A stretch of 35,193 nt of DNA from a virus (taxonomy: Duplodnaviria; Caudoviricetes): positions 1 to 35,193 of IMG/VR virus record IMGVR_UViG_3300048819_000127; one strand, written 5' to 3'. A program made the translations under genes and the position numbers. How positions within the stretch are numbered: the stretch's first letter is position 1; the number at the start of each line of letters is the position of its first letter. Of the stretch, positions 26,049 through 34,507 are shown in pieces. Below the pieces are notes generated by a model. That model saw nothing but the letters and a program-made list of their open reading frames with translations. It did no database searches and was not told the DNA's origin.

Positions 26049-26092
26049 AGTATAGCAGTAATGCTTGCCTAGGCAAGCCAATCCGGTATCTT
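26049..26092. promoter_or_regulatory. Symmetric divergent promoter centred on a 16-bp palindrome
   Basis: GCTTGCCTAGGCAAGC at 26063-26078; TTGCCT-16-TATCTT on + and TTGCCT-16-TATACT on -. Confidence 0.65.
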
Positions 26093-26098
26093 CACCCC

Positions 26099-26746
26099 GT
26101 GAGCCTCCCCGTCTCCCACGACCTGCAAGTTACTGTTGGCACGTCTTTTTTTGCGGCCCTCACCATCAGCGCGAGTTCGGGGGCACAGCTAGGCTTGCTC
26201 GGGGCGACCGCGGAGCTCCGGGTGTCGGTCTCGCCGGCAGACCCTCAGCCGCTTGTGGACGTCACGACGACACCAGGCGCGGATGGGGGTCTGCTACTGG
26301 GCGTCACGTTCCCCCCGCTCGGCGGCGTCGCGGTCTCGAACGGGAGCGGGCTCGTCCAGCTCGGAGATCTCCCGCTTGTCACGACCAGCCTGCCGACGCC
26401 CGCACTCTTCGTCGCTGACGTGCCTACGCTTGAGGCGGCGGCCACGGCTGCGTACGTCCTTGGGACGGTCGCGTTTGTGGAGTCGGGGGCTGGCGCCTAC
26501 TACAACTGGAGCCCGAACGACCCGAGCACGCCGAACGGGACCACGATCGTGGCTGGACTCGGCGGATCCGGCAATTGGTTGCAGGCGGGAACGGTCAACA
26601 TCTCCTTCACGCCAGCGGCCACTGCCGCGCTGGTGGGGTACGATATTGCCAGCTGGGTACTGCTGGTCACGTTCGCGGATGGCGAGGTCGTGCCGCTTGT
26701 GGGGGGCATGGTGGTCGTTCTGCCAGAGGAGCCTGTCGCCGCCTAG
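26099..26746 (+). CDS. Tail-fibre attachment/adaptor beta-sandwich protein with inserted domain
   Basis: DL.V..GTSF...L.GATA.LRV...GT..IS.TPA.TA.L...W.L.VT..DG.V..LV.G...V.PE, interrupted by a tailspike-N-terminal-like segment (Y.W.P.D....NG.TIV....G.W). Confidence 0.6.
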   Translation: MSLPVSHDLQVTVGTSFFAALTISASSGAQLGLLGATAELRVSVSPADPQPLVDVTTTPGADGGLLLGVTFPPLGGVAVSNGSGLVQLGDLPLVTTSLPTPALFVADVPTLEAAATAAYVLGTVAFVESGAGAYYNWSPNDPSTPNGTTIVAGLGGSGNWLQAGTVNISFTPAATAALVGYDIASWVLLVTFADGEVVPLVGGMVVVLPEEPVAA

Positions 26747-26765
26747 CGATAGCTATCTTGGGTTC

Positions 26766-27347
26766 ATGAAGATTTCGCGCGCGATCCCCATCGGAATGGT
26801 CTTGATTGCCTGCATCGCAGGCCTCGCGGTCGCTTGCCAGAGCGCGTCGGCGCCCGTGGCTCCCCCGGCACCGGCGAAGGCGACACTCGCTGCCATCAAC
26901 GGCGCGGGCGCGGTCCTGCCGTTCAATCAGATGACCGTGTACGGCGTCATGTCAGGAGACGCCAGCATCCCGGCTGCGCTCCAGTATCAGCTGGTCCCCT
27001 GCGCGACGGGTGATGCCAGCGTGTGCAAGGCGAGCTTCCCGCTGCCGTTGTACACAAGCGGCGAGGTCGACATGTTCGTCGCGGCCCAGCAAGTGGGCGG
27101 AGCAAACGGCGCAGTTGCGAAATACGCGTGTGGGTTCACGAACGCCGATGGCGGGACCAGCTGCAAGGTTTCTCGAGCGTGCGCGGCCACTGAGGCTCTT
27201 TCGGCCGGTCCGTCAGACGCAGGCTACACGGTTGCCGTCACGCAGACGGGTGCAGACGGCGGGTGCAGCGCCTATGTCTCGGTGAGCACGAACAGCAAGG
27301 TGGGCGTCAACTGGAAGTTGGGATCGCAGATCCTGGCGGTCCCGTGA
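26766..27347 (+). CDS. Lipoprotein-signal protein with fibre-tip-like domain
   Basis: MKISR plus hydrophobic stretch ending LAVAC; Ala/Pro linker; Cys-rich beta domain similar to the C-terminus of 27822..29882. Confidence 0.7.
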   Translation: MKISRAIPIGMVLIACIAGLAVACQSASAPVAPPAPAKATLAAINGAGAVLPFNQMTVYGVMSGDASIPAALQYQLVPCATGDASVCKASFPLPLYTSGEVDMFVAAQQVGGANGAVAKYACGFTNADGGTSCKVSRACAATEALSAGPSDAGYTVAVTQTGADGGCSAYVSVSTNSKVGVNWKLGSQILAVP

Positions 27348-27375
27348 ATCTCTAGTCGGCTATCTTAGAGCCGAG

Positions 27376-27840
27376 ATGCCGCAAAACATCCCTGGCCCTG
27401 CCGTTGCGGTCTCTCCCACCGGCCTAAATCTGGTCATGGGACCGATAGGTCCGCCTGGTCCGCAGGGAGCTCGCGGGCCCATCGGAGCCACCGGGGCCTC
27501 GGGGACAGCAACACCGCAAGCGCCGCAGCGCGTCGTGTTTACTGGGTCGACGATCGCGATCACGGCGATCACGAATACGCTGATCATTGTGGACAGCACA
27601 TCAGGTGCGGTCGCGCTGAACTTCACTCCATCTGCCGTCACCGACGGGCTCCAGTATACGGTGAAATGGCGCGCGGGTACGAATCCAGTCACATGGCAGG
27701 CACCTGTAATGGTAGAGGAGATTCCACCAAATCAGGGCACGTATATCGCTGCGAACACGCCGCAGACAATGCCGGGCGTGGGCGATTCGGTCACATATTA
27801 CTACGATGGGACGTTAGGCCTATGGTCACTCGCAGGATAA
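27376..27840 (+). CDS. Collagen-repeat fibre protein
   Basis: Eight Gly-X-Y triplets (GPIGPPGPQGARGPIGATGASGTA) followed by a VDSTSGAV.L...G.SVT..YDG...W domain. Confidence 0.75.
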   Translation: MPQNIPGPAVAVSPTGLNLVMGPIGPPGPQGARGPIGATGASGTATPQAPQRVVFTGSTIAITAITNTLIIVDSTSGAVALNFTPSAVTDGLQYTVKWRAGTNPVTWQAPVMVEEIPPNQGTYIAANTPQTMPGVGDSVTYYYDGTLGLWSLAG

Positions 27841-29882
27841 TCGCCATACTCGCTATCGTAGTGGCGGGGTGCGTTGATACGCGCGCCACGCAAGACGCGA
27901 TCGGTGAATCGCCTTCGACGGCGGCATCATCGTCTCCCGCTCGAGCGACTGCTCCAGTGCCTGCCGTGCCTGCCAAGCCTGTGCACGCCAGTATCATACC
28001 CGTGCAGCCTACGGGCCCCGCAGGGTCGTGCGACGCTGGTGCTGGCAAGGTGTGCGGCACGTATCCTACGTCGATTGGTCTCACTGGATCGCCCTCCGGT
28101 CGGGTCACCGTGCTGGAGGGTAACGGAGACGGTGGCTACCGGTTCGCCGATGCTTCGTTCTACGCGGGACAGATCGACGCCGCGACGGCTTCTCCGCTCC
28201 AAGGCAACGGCACCGCAGCGCATCCGATTGGAGAGATCCTATGCGACGCGGGCGAGTGGCACCTCATGTCCGGAGGCGCTTATGTCTGCGGCAAAGTCTC
28301 GGGCGGATCTACGTACACGGGCGTCTCCCCCATCTACGTGGACGCGAGTTCGTCGTCGATCGGCATCGGCACGGTGAGTCTCGAGGCCGGCGTCAGCGTC
28401 ACCCCGAAGCTCCAGGAGAGTCGTCTCGCACCATGCGCGTCCACGGGCCAGGGCATCTATGAGGGCACCGGAACGATGGCGTGCGGCGCGCTGCCGCTCG
28501 GCACGTCCGCCGCGGTGTCAGGGCAGCTCCCCGTCGCGAGCGGCGGAACGGGCGCAGCCCCCACATGCACGGCCGGCCAAGATGTCGTCGCAACCTCGGG
28601 GACGACGTTCGGCTGCGTGTCGAACTCGGGCGACTTCACCTGCTCCTCGGTGACGCCCGGGCTTTGCACCGTCTCGCAGCTTCAGGGTGGCGAGATCATC
28701 GCTGGCGCGACTTCTGGCACGCTCACGTGTGCGGCGGGGGCTACCGCGTGCGGGGAGACGCAGGCGAGCACCAGCGGCGCGACGGGGGCGAATCTCGTGC
28801 TGACGCCGCAGGCGTCCACGAACGCCAACGGCACGTCCGGCAACGTGGTTGTGGCTCTTACTGCGCCCACGGGGTCAGGCTCAGAAGCAGCATTCGTTGT
28901 GCGTCGCGGCTCGGCCAACCAGGTGAGTATCGGACCGTACCCTGGTTCAGGTTCCTCGTACGCCGGAATATGGCTTCAGCCTAGTGGCACGGCGCCGACC
29001 GGGAGCAACGTCGTACTCCTCTCCGACGGATCATCTACGATCCTCAATGCGCCATCAGCTAGCGCATCGATGTATTTCCGACTCGGCGCGTCCACGGCAG
29101 GAGGCGCGACCGTATCTAGTGCAGGCTGGCAGTTCCTGACAAGCAACGCTACGGACTTCGGCGGCGGTGTCGGTGTCCTGGGAATAACTAACGCCACCAC
29201 TGTGCCATCCTCAAACACCAGCGGCGCGATAATCTACGCCAGTGGCGGCGCCTTCCTCGTCTATCCCAGCGGCGTTACCACCCCACAGTTCGGCGTGTCT
29301 TCTGGTTCGACGGCGGTGGCCAATTACCTCGCCCAGTCCGGCACCGTACCCTCGACATGCACCGCCGGCAATTACTGCACGGGAGGCAGCACCGGCGATC
29401 TCTACGGGCGCGGCGGCGGGTCAACTGTTACCGAGACTCACATCGCGCCGCAGGGCGACGCGTTCAGCTATCTCGACTACGGCACCATCCTGCGCACCGG
29501 AGCGATCGCCGCGTCCGGAGGCACCGGCCTCGTCACGTGGCCCGTCCCGATCGGATACGTGTGCTGGATGCACATTGTCGCGGTGGGCAACTACTCAAGC
29601 GGCACGGCAGGCACGGCGTCGGACATCTATACCGTCTATCGAAACAGCGCGGGTACAGTGTCGAAGGTGGGTATTCTCGGTAGCGCCGCAAACCCGATTC
29701 AGAACGTGGGTACATCTGGCGCGGTCGCAGACACGCACTTCAACACGGCGTCGTCGGGTCCGATTGGCACTGGGTCCACCGCGGGCTCGGCTGGCAGCGT
29801 GCAGATCACGGTCACCAACCAGGCGAGTTCGACGGCGAACGCGTTCGAGGTCTTCGTCGACGCGAAGTGCAGCTCGGGATGA
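27822..29882 (+). CDS. Long fibre-like protein with N-terminal lipoprotein signal peptide
   Basis: MVTRRIIAILAIVVAGC lipobox; GQLPVASGGTG and SGD.T....G..TV..LQG fibre motifs; DFGGGVGVLGI.NATTVPSSN segment; Gly/Ser/Thr-rich. Confidence 0.75.
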   Translation: MVTRRIIAILAIVVAGCVDTRATQDAIGESPSTAASSSPARATAPVPAVPAKPVHASIIPVQPTGPAGSCDAGAGKVCGTYPTSIGLTGSPSGRVTVLEGNGDGGYRFADASFYAGQIDAATASPLQGNGTAAHPIGEILCDAGEWHLMSGGAYVCGKVSGGSTYTGVSPIYVDASSSSIGIGTVSLEAGVSVTPKLQESRLAPCASTGQGIYEGTGTMACGALPLGTSAAVSGQLPVASGGTGAAPTCTAGQDVVATSGTTFGCVSNSGDFTCSSVTPGLCTVSQLQGGEIIAGATSGTLTCAAGATACGETQASTSGATGANLVLTPQASTNANGTSGNVVVALTAPTGSGSEAAFVVRRGSANQVSIGPYPGSGSSYAGIWLQPSGTAPTGSNVVLLSDGSSTILNAPSASASMYFRLGASTAGGATVSSAGWQFLTSNATDFGGGVGVLGITNATTVPSSNTSGAIIYASGGAFLVYPSGVTTPQFGVSSGSTAVANYLAQSGTVPSTCTAGNYCTGGSTGDLYGRGGGSTVTETHIAPQGDAFSYLDYGTILRTGAIAASGGTGLVTWPVPIGYVCWMHIVAVGNYSSGTAGTASDIYTVYRNSAGTVSKVGILGSAANPIQNVGTSGAVADTHFNTASSGPIGTGSTAGSAGSVQITVTNQASSTANAFEVFVDAKCSSG

Positions 29883-30007
29883 TCCGCACCGCCCTCTTAG
29901 CCATCGCCGTGTGCTGCGCCATGGCGTACTCGCGCGCGCAGCCTGACGTCTTTCACGCGGCCTGGGGGCTCGTCGGCGCGTGCGCCGTGAAGTGGTGCCT
30001 GCCATGA
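29879..30007 (+). CDS. Small hydrophobic peptide (42 aa, below ORF-track cutoff)
   Basis: ATGA overlaps at both ends; MIRTALLAIAVCCAMAYS...AAWGLVGACAVKWCLP. Confidence 0.5.
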   Translation: MIRTALLAIAVCCAMAYSRAQPDVFHAAWGLVGACAVKWCLP

Positions 30008-30657
30008 GCGTCGACGACGAAGGGCCCATCACTCCCAGGGCACCACCGGATCCGAGGGTCGAGATGAGCGACACTACGAATGGCAATGGACACGTAGCAC
30101 ACGGCGAACCGGAGCCCGATTACGACGCCATGTCTCCGGAGCATTTGCTGAAGCTCGCCACGGTATGCGCGAGACAGGCCGCGAACAGCGCGATGAGCGC
30201 TGACGCCAAGGCCTCCGAGGCGCTGCGTGCCGTCGACGGCGTGAGGCTTGAGCTGACTGCGGTCGGCACTCGACTCGCGTCGGACATCGGCGATATCGCC
30301 CGAGCGGTCGGAGCGAAGCGCACGTATTCGGGACAGGTCCACGTCTCGATTCCCCCGTCGGTATCGATCCGCACCTCGCCCAGCAAGACCGGCTCGCAGA
30401 TCGTTGTGGATCCTGACGAGCTTCGCCGGTTCGAGCGGATGTTTGCGGACAAGGAAGCCGAGGAGCGAGGCGCGCGCGAGGCGCTTGAGGAGCAGCGTCA
30501 GGAGTACGAGCGCCAAGAGCAGGCTCGCGCTCGTGCTGCGGCCGAGGCTCGTACGGTCGCCGAAGAGCGACGGAAAAACATCACGATCATGATCTCAATC
30601 GCGGGTACGCTTCTTACCGCATTCAGCGTCGCCGTTGGCTACCTCGCTCACCACTGA
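30004..30657 (+). CDS. Coiled-coil protein with C-terminal transmembrane helix
   Basis: E/R/A-rich helix followed by ITIMISIAGTLLTAFSVAVGYL; sits where lysis modules often begin. Confidence 0.65.
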   Translation: MSVDDEGPITPRAPPDPRVEMSDTTNGNGHVAHGEPEPDYDAMSPEHLLKLATVCARQAANSAMSADAKASEALRAVDGVRLELTAVGTRLASDIGDIARAVGAKRTYSGQVHVSIPPSVSIRTSPSKTGSQIVVDPDELRRFERMFADKEAEERGAREALEEQRQEYERQEQARARAAAEARTVAEERRKNITIMISIAGTLLTAFSVAVGYLAHH

Positions 30658-30830
30658 AGGACCAAACACAGTAACCAACCCCGCCCTAAAGGGCGGAGCT
30701 TTCAGGAGAGCGACGTGGAACACGTAGCGCAACCCGTTTCCTGCTTCGACCGGGCCCCTTACAGGCACTCCCGTCCACAGGCAGACACCAGGGATTCCCA
30801 GGCGTTTCGTATCTCTGTTTCAGAATCTTC
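30651..30830 (-). ncRNA. Predicted omega/reRNA of TnpB with flank-derived guide
   Basis: Established architecture: scaffold overlaps the tnpB 3' end and right end; guide would start TGTGTTTGGTCCTTCAG. The 5' boundary is approximate. Confidence 0.6.
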
Positions 30831-31965
30831 GCAGCGTTGAGGTCAGCATGGTCGCAGTAGCCACACGAGGTACAGCGGAAGACGGCCTGCGACCGACGCG
30901 ACTTGGCGTCGACGCAGCCGCATGCGCTGCACGTCTGGCTCGAGTAGGCGGCGGGCACCTCGACAAGGGAGCCTCCCGACCACGCGAGCTTGTAGCGGAG
31001 CATGTCCGCGAAGCGGGACCATCCCGCGTCCGCGATGCTGCGCCCCAGATTGCTGCGGATCATTCCCGCAACGTTCAGTTTCTCCAGCACAACGACGCCG
31101 TGGCTCTTGGCGAGTTGTGTCGACTGGACGTGCAGGAAGTGGTCGCGCTGGCGCCTCACCTTTCGGTGGATGCGGGACACGCGAAGCTTGGCCTTCTCTC
31201 TGTTCTTGGAACCTTTCTTCCGTCGACTGACGGTGCGTTGTGCGTGAGCGAGTCTCGTGAGCGCTCGTTCGAGGTTGCGAGGGTTCGGGATCCGTTTGCC
31301 GTCGGAGGTCGCGCCGAAGTTCGCGATGCCTCGGTCGATCGCGACGACGGGACCTTCGCGCAGAGTGGGCTCGGCGAGGTTCAGCTCGCAGACGATCGAG
31401 ACGAACCACTGGTCGCCATCTCGCTTGAGGGTGCACGTCTTCGGCTTCCCTTCGAGCGGTCGGTGCATCACTGTTCGGAGCGTGCCCAGCTTGGGGAAGC
31501 GGACGTCCGAGCCGTCGACTCTCCACGCCTTCGGGTGCGGCTCGCAGAAGCCGAGAGAGTCGCGGCCCCTCCGCTTCCACCGAGGGGCGCGAGCCAACTT
31601 GGCGAAGCAGCGTTGCCACGCCCGATCCAACTCCACCAAGAGCTGCGCGCACACGTTGCGCGGGACGTCGGCCAGCCATGGCAGAGCGGCGCGGAGCTCG
31701 GTCAGCTCGTTGATCTGATCGAAGGCCGTGGGGTAGACGCGCTCGCCCTTGGGCCTGGCGTACCCGAGCTTCCGTTGCTCGAGCCCCAGGTTCCAGAGGA
31801 AGCGGAGGGCGGATTCCCACTGGCCGAACCTCGCGCCCTGCGCCGGCGTCGGGTAGACGCGGTAACGGAAGGCCTTGCTCGTCAACACGCTTGCAGCGTA
31901 GCACAACCAACCCAGACGGGGCTTCCTCCCCGTCCTAAAGGACGGGGTTTCCGCCCCGAAGAACA
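30671..31965 (-). mobile_element. IS200/IS605-family non-autonomous element (IS1341-like, tnpB only)
   Basis: Subterminal hairpins at 30679-30698 and 31928-31947; right end TTAC with guide AAAG; left target (T)TCAT with guide GAAA, both matching the IS608 guide/cleavage pairing scheme; no tnpA. Confidence 0.9.
30686..31888 (-). CDS. tnpB: RNA-guided endonuclease TnpB
   Basis: KAFRYRVYPT HTH start; RuvC residues in AIDRG, VLEKL and ADLNAA; zinc finger CSAC/CTSC; GTG 31888 is 6 nt after TACGCT. Confidence 0.95.
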   Translation of the reverse strand: MLTSKAFRYRVYPTPAQGARFGQWESALRFLWNLGLEQRKLGYARPKGERVYPTAFDQINELTELRAALPWLADVPRNVCAQLLVELDRAWQRCFAKLARAPRWKRRGRDSLGFCEPHPKAWRVDGSDVRFPKLGTLRTVMHRPLEGKPKTCTLKRDGDQWFVSIVCELNLAEPTLREGPVVAIDRGIANFGATSDGKRIPNPRNLERALTRLAHAQRTVSRRKKGSKNREKAKLRVSRIHRKVRRQRDHFLHVQSTQLAKSHGVVVLEKLNVAGMIRSNLGRSIADAGWSRFADMLRYKLAWSGGSLVEVPAAYSSQTCSACGCVDAKSRRSQAVFRCTSCGYCDHADLNAAKILKQRYETPGNPWCLPVDGSACKGPGRSRKRVALRVPRRSPESSAL

Positions 31966-32724
31966 ATGAATCGTCTCCTCCCGTTCCTGTCGTTCCTGGC
32001 GCTCTTCGCCATCGTCTTCCTGTACTGTTCCGCGGCCCATGCGCAGGGGACGCCGCTTCCTGCCGCGCCTCAGATCTCGACCGGGGCGATGGTGATGCTG
32101 GTCCTCTCGACGCTGCTCGGTATCGCTACGACGGCTCAGCAGACGGGGAAGCTGTTTGGGCAGTTCACGATCCCGACTTCGGCGGTCGTGGTGGTCAATC
32201 TCGTCGTACCGTTTCTCGGCGGGCTCGTGCAGTCGCTCTCATCGATGACCTTCTCGTCTGCGGCCGTCGTCTACGCGATCTTCGCTGGGCTCACGAACCT
32301 CATCGCAGGCAGCGCAGCGGGAATCGCCGTGCACGCGCACATCGTCGTGCCGGCCAAGGTCTCGGCGCTCCGCGCCTCTAAGGTCGCGGCGGCTGCGATC
32401 GCGGCGGGCGCCGTCGTCACGAGCTTGCTCGCTTGCACGCCTGCCCAGCTCGCGGCGTGGGACACGGCCATCAAGAGCGGCGGGACCATCGCGGTCCAGG
32501 CGTCCAACTTCGCGTGCACGATCGCCACGGAGGTTGACCCTAGCGGGGCTACGGCGATCTGTCAGGAGATCGATTCGGGCGGAGCGCTCCTCGGTCCAGT
32601 TCTGACCGTCGTAGAAGACGCGCCGAGCGTACTCAACCTCGTCGCGAAGACGAGCGCGTCGATGCAGACGCTGGTGCATGCAAACCTCGCCGTGAAGCTC
32701 GCGGCAGAGAAGGTCGGGCACTGA
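31966..32724 (+). CDS. Multi-pass membrane protein (possibly holin-like) with internal lipobox-like motif
   Basis: Signal-like N-terminus ending AHA; three to four hydrophobic helices; LLAC motif before a soluble tail. Confidence 0.6.
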   Translation: MNRLLPFLSFLALFAIVFLYCSAAHAQGTPLPAAPQISTGAMVMLVLSTLLGIATTAQQTGKLFGQFTIPTSAVVVVNLVVPFLGGLVQSLSSMTFSSAAVVYAIFAGLTNLIAGSAAGIAVHAHIVVPAKVSALRASKVAAAAIAAGAVVTSLLACTPAQLAAWDTAIKSGGTIAVQASNFACTIATEVDPSGATAICQEIDSGGALLGPVLTVVEDAPSVLNLVAKTSASMQTLVHANLAVKLAAEKVGH

Positions 32725-32725
32725 A

Positions 32726-33475
32726 ATGCAACCGTACAAATTCGTCTTCGTAGATCAGTCGACCCTGCAGGACGCTGCGCATGGGGGTCCGCTCACGACC
32801 GAGATCCTCACAACGATCGGCAGTGCAGTGGCTAAGCAGATGAACTGTGAGGTTCACGCGGAGTGGGGATGCTCCGTCGCGGGTCCTGTCTCGTTTCGCG
32901 TTGGTTCGGCCGACGGGAAAGATGTGCAAGCGGACGAGATTGGCCTGTTTATCCTCGACAGTCTGCCTGCGGCACCCGGCGCGGCAGCTTACCATGATCG
33001 CCTTAGCAATGGGGCTCCGGTGGGCTACTTCGCTCGCGAGGACTACACGAGCCACACGTCCGGATCGAACAGCCTCTCGGTGGATATCTCGCACGAGTGC
33101 ATCGAGACGATTGGCGACCCCGGCGCGAATCGATGGGCGGACCTCGCGAGCGGCACGCAAGACGCGGCCCTCGAGCTCTGCGACCCCGTGCAAAACGTCG
33201 TCTACGAGATCGACGGGATCGCGGTGTCGGACTTCGTTCTTCAGTCGTACTTCGATCCTGGCGCGGCTGGTCCGTTCGATCACCTCGGCAAGTGCCCCGC
33301 TGGCGGAGACTACTCTGGCGGGTATCTGATCGTGCGCACAGAAGACCAGGCGTCGACCGACGAGCAGCCGGGAAAGCGTGGGACCAAGATCCTTGGCTCA
33401 CCGCGTGCGACGCAGAAGGCTGCTCACGCTAGCTCTCGACGAAGTCGGCGCACGCTCGGCTTGGTGACATCTTGA
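32726..33475 (+). CDS. Putative zincin-like metalloprotein (HExxE)
   Basis: AYH...SHECIETIGDP...ELCDPV...VSDFV...YF pattern; basic C-terminal tail. Confidence 0.65.
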   Translation: MQPYKFVFVDQSTLQDAAHGGPLTTEILTTIGSAVAKQMNCEVHAEWGCSVAGPVSFRVGSADGKDVQADEIGLFILDSLPAAPGAAAYHDRLSNGAPVGYFAREDYTSHTSGSNSLSVDISHECIETIGDPGANRWADLASGTQDAALELCDPVQNVVYEIDGIAVSDFVLQSYFDPGAAGPFDHLGKCPAGGDYSGGYLIVRTEDQASTDEQPGKRGTKILGSPRATQKAAHASSRRSRRTLGLVTS

Positions 33476-33735
33476 AGGTCTTTCTGGCGTTCGCACTGTT
33501 CTGCGGGTTGGTCGCGTGCGGTACCCACCTCACCGCGACAACCACGCAGAAGGTCGTCAGCATCCGCCGCTCGGCTGAGTTTCAACTACAAGACTGCTCG
33601 GGGGACGGGGGTGCCTGCAAGCCGAGCCAGGTGCGCGCGCTCGCCGCATCTATCGACTGCGCGGCCGCTAGCATCCTCAGCGACGGCAAGCAGCCCGTCG
33701 ATGCGGGTCCGAACTGCCCGAAGGTCTCGCCGTAA
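33472..33735 (+). CDS. Small Cys-rich lipoprotein
   Basis: LVAC lipobox; GDGG and VDAG motifs; TTGA overlap with upstream gene. Confidence 0.65.
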   Translation: MKVFLAFALFCGLVACGTHLTATTTQKVVSIRRSAEFQLQDCSGDGGACKPSQVRALAASIDCAAASILSDGKQPVDAGPNCPKVSP

Positions 33736-34025
33736 TGCTGCCCGACAACTTCACCGAGGAGGACGCGCGGGTGCTCGTCGTCCAGTCCGGAATCATGTCG
33801 CGCCAACGGCTCGACGACCTCCTGTCGCTCCCTCCCGACCAGCAGAAGGCCGAGCTCGAAGAGATCCAACTCGAGACGCAGGCGCGGCCGACAGACTTCG
33901 GGGACGTGGCCACGGCGACCCTCGGGGTGATGCTCAAACTCGTCGGCGTCGCCGGCGGAATCGAGTCTGGGGTTTCGATCGTGACAGGTGTCCCCAGCCT
34001 AGTGTCGGGCGTAAAGTCGCTCTGA
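33735..34025 (+). CDS. Hypothetical protein with hydrophobic C-terminus
   Basis: TAATG overlap; typical codon bias. Confidence 0.6.
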   Translation: MLPDNFTEEDARVLVVQSGIMSRQRLDDLLSLPPDQQKAELEEIQLETQARPTDFGDVATATLGVMLKLVGVAGGIESGVSIVTGVPSLVSGVKSL

Positions 34026-34208
34026 ATGCTATTGCCCACGACAGAGACCACGCTCCGCTTCTCCGAGCGCCCGACGCTGCCACTGCGGCAGACGGCGCGA
34101 TCTTCACGCGGTTCGTCGGCATGCCTGCCGCCCGAGCCTTCGCCACGAAGCGAACAAGACTGCTTCTGGTGTCCCGACAAGGGCTATGTCCCGTGGATTA
34201 GGCCGTAA
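34026..34208 (+). CDS. Hypothetical small protein
   Basis: Abuts both neighbours with no gap; no recognisable motif. Confidence 0.35.
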   Translation: MLLPTTETTLRFSERPTLPLRQTARSSRGSSACLPPEPSPRSEQDCFWCPDKGYVPWIRP

Positions 34209-34478
34209 ATGTTTACCGGCTACTACTGCTACGGGTGCGGCTGGACGCAGTGCCGATGCAACTCGCAATATCCGGTCACGGTCGTTTCGACCAATCGTCC
34301 CTACGTGGAGGCGGAGGACTACTATAAGCCATTTCGCAAGGCCGCTCGCGGCGACAGGCGCTCACGCTGCGACAGCGACGGCTTTCCCCTCACCTCGCTC
34401 CCGCTTCGGTGGCTGATCGCAGACCTGCCCGCGAACGACCCGCCGGTCGCCGTGCTGCCTCGTAGTGCGGTGGAGGGC
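34209..34478 (+). pseudogene. ORF apparently interrupted by the second tnpB cassette
   Basis: ATG follows the previous TAA (MFTGYYCYGCGWTQCRC...); the frame runs into the tnpB promoter and gene without a stop that I could see. Confidence 0.4.
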
Positions 34479-34507
34479 TTGCACGTGAGACATGAGCCAA
34501 GCATAGT
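34479..34507 (+). promoter_or_regulatory. Sigma70-type promoter giving a leaderless tnpB transcript
   Basis: TTGCAC-17 nt-CATAGT, 6 nt before ATG 34514. Confidence 0.65.

Noticed and set aside
22561-29882. Diversity-generating retroelement acting on fibre tips
   Set aside because: No reverse transcriptase and no TR/VR pair differing at adenines visible in the window.
30671-31965. IStron (group I intron plus IS605) interpretation
   Set aside because: Only about 75 nt lie between the left end and tnpB, too little for a ribozyme core, and the element is antisense to the phage operon.
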